Of a DNA stretch of 64,000 bases, positions 59,480 to 64,000 are shown in pieces. Position numbers and translations under genes: made by a program. This DNA is from Anthoceros angustus (taxonomy: Eukaryota; Plantae; Anthocerotophyta). Under the pieces are notes generated by a model. That model worked only from the letters and a program-made list of their open reading frames with translations. It searched no databases and was not told where the DNA came from. The stretch covers positions 310,001 through 374,000 of the forward strand of contig VJWM01000068.1 of NCBI GenBank assembly GCA_010909165.1. The letters are read 5' to 3'. Positions within the stretch are counted from its first letter, which is position 1. Each line of letters starts with the position of its first letter.

Positions 59480-62400
59480 GCCACCGCTCTTGTGCCACCA
59501 TGCCGTGGTAGATAATCAAACTGTGGATCCGGTAAACCTCTAGCCACTTATCGCCTGTATCTCTCAATGGAACCATCAATTTTTCGCTTGATTTTGAATA
59601 CCCACTTGCTAGTCACTATTTTTCTCGCTCTTAGGTGGTTTCACCAATTCCCATGTCGAGTTTTTAACTAATGAGTTATACTCGAATCATCGCTACTTTC
59701 CACAAGTCTTTTCTGAGAGGAAAATGCTTGTTTCAAGGTCGAGGTTCTTCGGGATCAGTGGCTTTATAGATGCCGGTGAAGAAGGAGAAATAGGATCATC
59801 AAAGGTAGCAAGGTATCCTGGGGTGGTTCTTTCCATCCCGCAGTCTGAAATAAGCGGTCTAGTTCTCGTGTTGTACCTTGGTTGTTCATCATCAACGGCG
59901 ACCTCTTCATGAGCTGGTTCAGATATAGGAGAAGCAGGCTCATCTTCGACCAGATAATCATCCTCAAGAGGTTCTTGATGTCCTCTCGAGGATGTCCTCA
60001 AGGTGTTGAGGTTCTTGATCGGGATCCGAGTCGAGTGAGGCCGAGGATATGTAGCTCCTCCTCCTCCTGCAGTATAGGTGCAACAACAGGAACAGGAGCA
60101 GGGACAATATGTTGAGTTATGAAATCATTATCATCAAAAGATGAATACTCGGTGTTCTCAGGAGGAAGAACATCATGAGTAGTGTCCGCAGGAGCTCCCA
60201 CTGGAGGTGAAAGTATGTGGGACTCATTAAAAGTGACACTCCTGGCATATAAGAGCTTCCTGGTAGCAGGATCAAATAGTTTGTATCCTTTGATGCCTTC
60301 TGTGTAGCCAATGAAAGTGTACTTGGCTGCCTTAGGATCTAGCTTCACGTGCTTTAGGTATAAAGACATAAGCGGAGATCCAAAAACTCGAAGATGGTCG
60401 ATTGAAGGCTTCCTACCAATAAAGGCTTCATGGTGTCATACCTTGACCGCAAATGTCGAAGTCTATTGATGAGATAGGTTGTCAAAGCATGGCCTCCGCC
60501 CAATAAGTCTTGGATAATTTAGCTTGGGAGAGCAAGCAACCCGTGATCTCTTGGGGTTCTTCTTCGCTGCTGAGGTGTATGTACAATGAGTTGAGTTGTT
60601 GAGCTATGCCTCGACAAAAATCAGCAAATTCATGAGATGTAAACTCTCCTCCATTGTGGAACGGAGGGTCTTGAGTTTTCATGAGAAGTCTCTCGCCCAC
60701 ATCATGTAGTCCTTGAAAACCGAAAGGCTTGGCTTTTGTGTTTCGTGATGTATGTGAGGACAAACGAGAATAATCATCTATGAATGTTAAGAAATATCTG
60801 AACCCAGAAAGGATGCGTAAAAATGTCGTGTGGACCAACTCAAGGCCGGCAGGGGAGTGGTTGTGGAAGGAGCCTGGTGCCTTTTGGTGGTGACACAGCC
60901 GCACTGTGATAGGTTCTATCTTGGATAGGGAAGGTGTTCTATAAAATTTCCCTTAGACATTTGGATGAGTTTTTGGCTATTAGGATGACCTAGTCGGCAA
61001 TGCCAAAGTGTGGTGTTGGAGGAGGTGTAATTGTGGGTGGCTACATTCATGCTATGTAAGGGACCCACTTGGACGGATAGTTTGTATAGGCCCCTCTAGT
61101 GTGCCGAGCGTAGTATGTGACTTACTTGTGAGATGGGAAATAAGACAACTATCTCGCATGAAGAATGACTTGCATGCTATGTTCTAACATAAGCTAGCGA
61201 GACACTAGATTTTACACATGGATGGTACGTGAAGGACATGGGAGAGAGAACTTCGAAGAACATCCGAGAACAACCGAACCTACACCAGAGATGGGGAGGT
61301 TGTGATCATCGCCAAGAGACACCGGTGTCCTGTGGCGAATAAGACTCAAAGAGTTTTTGTTGTGACAGATATGTGATGTAGCTCACTTTAAATACCAATA
61401 TTGGTTTGATGGCTTTGATGATGCCATGCGCATGAGAGCTGTTGTGGAAGATTGTTTCTTCACTACAACATGCTCAGGCGGCCTCCTTCCTAGGCTCGCT
61501 TCTTTTTCTTGCGTCCTTCTCCATATGGTTCGAATCGCACCAATTACAAATAACTCAGCCTTCTTATTACCTTGGTCAAGAAGAGGATTCACCGCCATGA
61601 ATATTGGTTGGGATTGGGTCGTGAAGAACAGTCCTCCGCGACCTCGGCCTCGACCTCTTCCTCTACCCCTTCCAGTGAACATCACCTGCTGCGGTTGATC
61701 TGGATTCATGTCGATGACTTTGGTCCTCTGTATGATTGCTCCAATCTTGACGCTTAAATCCAAGCCGCATCACCGAGGCTTCATGATTTTCTGAGATGAG
61801 AACTGCATTTTGAGTAGTCACGAAAGCCACAGAGAGGGTGGTAGAGGCGAAGAGTCAAAAGTGATTGTTCACCAACTTGGTGCCGGATCTTCAAGGTTGG
61901 ACTTGGCGATTCGAAAATGCCGATATGATTATCAATGGAGTCATTCTCTCTCATCTTGAGATTATGTATGGGTGGACAACAAGCTCATTACATCCTTAGA
62001 TGAATATAATCAAGGCGGTCCCACATGTCCTTGGAGGAATCGGCGAAACTTGGCGAACCATGGATTGAAGTCCACTCACTAGAATATCTTGGGCCTTGAT
62101 CCTTATTGTCCCATTCTTCTATAGAGTCGAATCCCACATGGACGATCATTGGAACCACTCACTATATCCCATAGTTCACGCCGCAATACTCCTTTCATGC
62201 GAATACTCCATACATCATATCCTTTTCCATTGAATCTATCCTTTTCCTTAAAGCTATCTCCATGAACCACGCTGACGTCTTTGGATCATGTTTGAATTTT
62301 CTTCTTTAGCCTTTTGGCTTCCCAACTCTTCTTCTCATCTTCAAGCCATTTGGCCTTCTGCTCCTCTAGCCACTGCTTTTTAACTTTTTCAAGTTGATTA

Positions 62401-63456
62401 ATATCGAGTCGTCAACATTTACTCAGCCATCGCAGTGAGTTCAAAATAGATTAATTTGTCCGATAGGCACTTGGTTTCGATCGCGGTGAGAAGGACATGC
62501 ATTCGAGCAAATCATCTTGGCCAGCTATATTTACGGAATATCTGTCTCATCATCAAAATCGAATCTCCTTTGGGAAGGAGCCTATCTAGATGATCTCGAA
62601 TATTGCTAATTTCTTGTTGCAAAAGGCAAAATTAGAATGATTGGATTTTTGGGTAAGTCTAATGTTACTCTTTATGCAACCAAGAGTTTCTAGCAAATTA
62701 TTCAAGCCGGAAATGAAGGGCCAGCAACCAAGTTAGGAATATGTTGAAGAGCTAATTGGATTGCGTAAACTTGCAATAAATCAAAGAGGTAAGTAGGTCT
62801 CTAGCAAGTCTAATCAAATTCCCTTGATCCGGTGACTTAATCAAAATAGATCCAATGAAATTAGCAACTTGTTTAGAGACTACTTCAAGCTCTTCTGCCC
62901 ATGCACTTTGTTGTTTTGTGGTCCTTCGTCGCTTCTCTTGCCTTGCGCCTTGATCTTTCCAAACTCCTTGTTTAGTGGGATTTGGAGAATCCATGGTAAG
63001 GGCAAGGATTTGATGCACAAATTGTGCATCCTTAAAGCATGATGCCGAGCTTGATCCATTTGCCAAAGGCGAGATCTCCACGCATAGAAGTTCCATTTAA
63101 AGATCTAATTGGAAAGGAAGCATAGGAGAATGGATGCCTTAGGAGGAAATAGGAAAGTAGCTCTAGCATCAAGAGCAAAGCTCGATACCATGATGAAAAT
63201 CATGCTAAGCTCTAGCATAAAAGATGCTTGCATTACAATGAATATAAGAAAGTACAAAGCCTATTTATAGGCAAGGTGGTTAGGTGGTTAAGTGGTTACA
63301 ACCATAAGTTGTTGTAACCACTAGGTAGTTGCAACTAATATAACAACTAACTACCTAGAGCAACTAATTAAGTAACTACTTAATGCCCTAGATATATATT
63401 AATGTTTAAGTAAGGTGCCCTAATGAATAGTGCCCTAACCTAGATATATTTCATCA
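59480..63456 (-). mobile_element. 3'-truncated Ty1/copia element (5' LTR 63191-63456, PBS, gag-protease-integrase, start of RT)
   Basis: TG..CA LTR and PBS tggtatcgagc (63190-63180). Motifs: gag DRFNGKGYDVWSIRMKG, integrase FLTFIDDYSR / NGGEFTS / YWAEA / KLDPKAAKYTFIGY, RT TWELV..VTSKWVFKIK..DGSIERY. The sequence then breaks off. Confidence 0.92.
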
Positions 63457-64000
63457 AAGCCATGTCTTATACACCCCTCAAGCAACCATGAAGACATTTA
63501 GCAGGAAGCTACTTAGAGAGGTTTGGCAGGATCGGATGAGCCCAAAGATATTGCCCCTCTCATTGAGGCAGAATGAGTAGCGCTTGATGAAACTCCACCC
63601 TTGAATGTTAAGAAGGGCTCACTCAACTTATTGGTAGGAACGAGTGGAAACAAGATAAAACGCCGGCTGCTGCCACGAGAAGATTGAACATGCTTTGGGT
63701 ATGTGCTTCTCCATGTTTGCAGATTGTAGAGTTCATATCTCTATTTAGTAGTGTTGGATGATGACCAACGATTGTTCAGTTGTACCCACAGCTATGCTTG
63801 GAACTACTGGGTTGTGCTCACAAATGTCCTTGGAACCACTCAGTTGTGATCACATATGTGCGTAACTGGAACTACTATGTTGTGTTGGGTTCTGCCTACT
63901 ATTGTGTGAGACCTGGCTGGAATTAATTTGCTTTTGCTCTCTTTAAGGACAGTGTCCTGCATAGAACAGAGGTCACGGTTTCGGGGTCCAATATTACTTG

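Noticed and set aside
63800-63900. Three degenerate ~30-bp repeats (ggaac.act..gttgtg)
   Set aside because: Too short and degenerate to interpret at the window edge.

Overview
Nuclear DNA from a seed-free land plant. A hornwort is most likely, given the WW-type PLS-PPR gene and the compact GC-rich genes with short introns; a fern or lycophyte cannot be excluded. The first ~23 kb is gene-rich: an LRR remnant fused to a decayed PLS-PPR pseudogene, its head-to-head intact PLS-PPR (E+/WW) paralogue, a spliced IS3/IS481-like integrase gene, PHR2 and VPS54. The remaining ~41 kb is a nested transposon cluster: a CRE-clade RLE LINE next to an F-box remnant, a complete copia (5-bp TSD), a Ty3/gypsy element with ~1.85-kb LTRs, and a truncated second copia. 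The most interesting object is a putative DNA transposon at 32244-48912, about 9.8 kb once the nested copia is removed. It is bounded by imperfect terminal inverted repeats and a CTT duplication. It encodes a Sola-like DDE transposase on + and carries a bacterial/phage-style ParB-like + N4/N6 (amino) DNA methyltransferase fusion gene on -. The repeats are rich in small indels while most host genes are intact, so many frameshifts may be assembly errors. All family assignments come from motif recognition by eye; no database searches were run.
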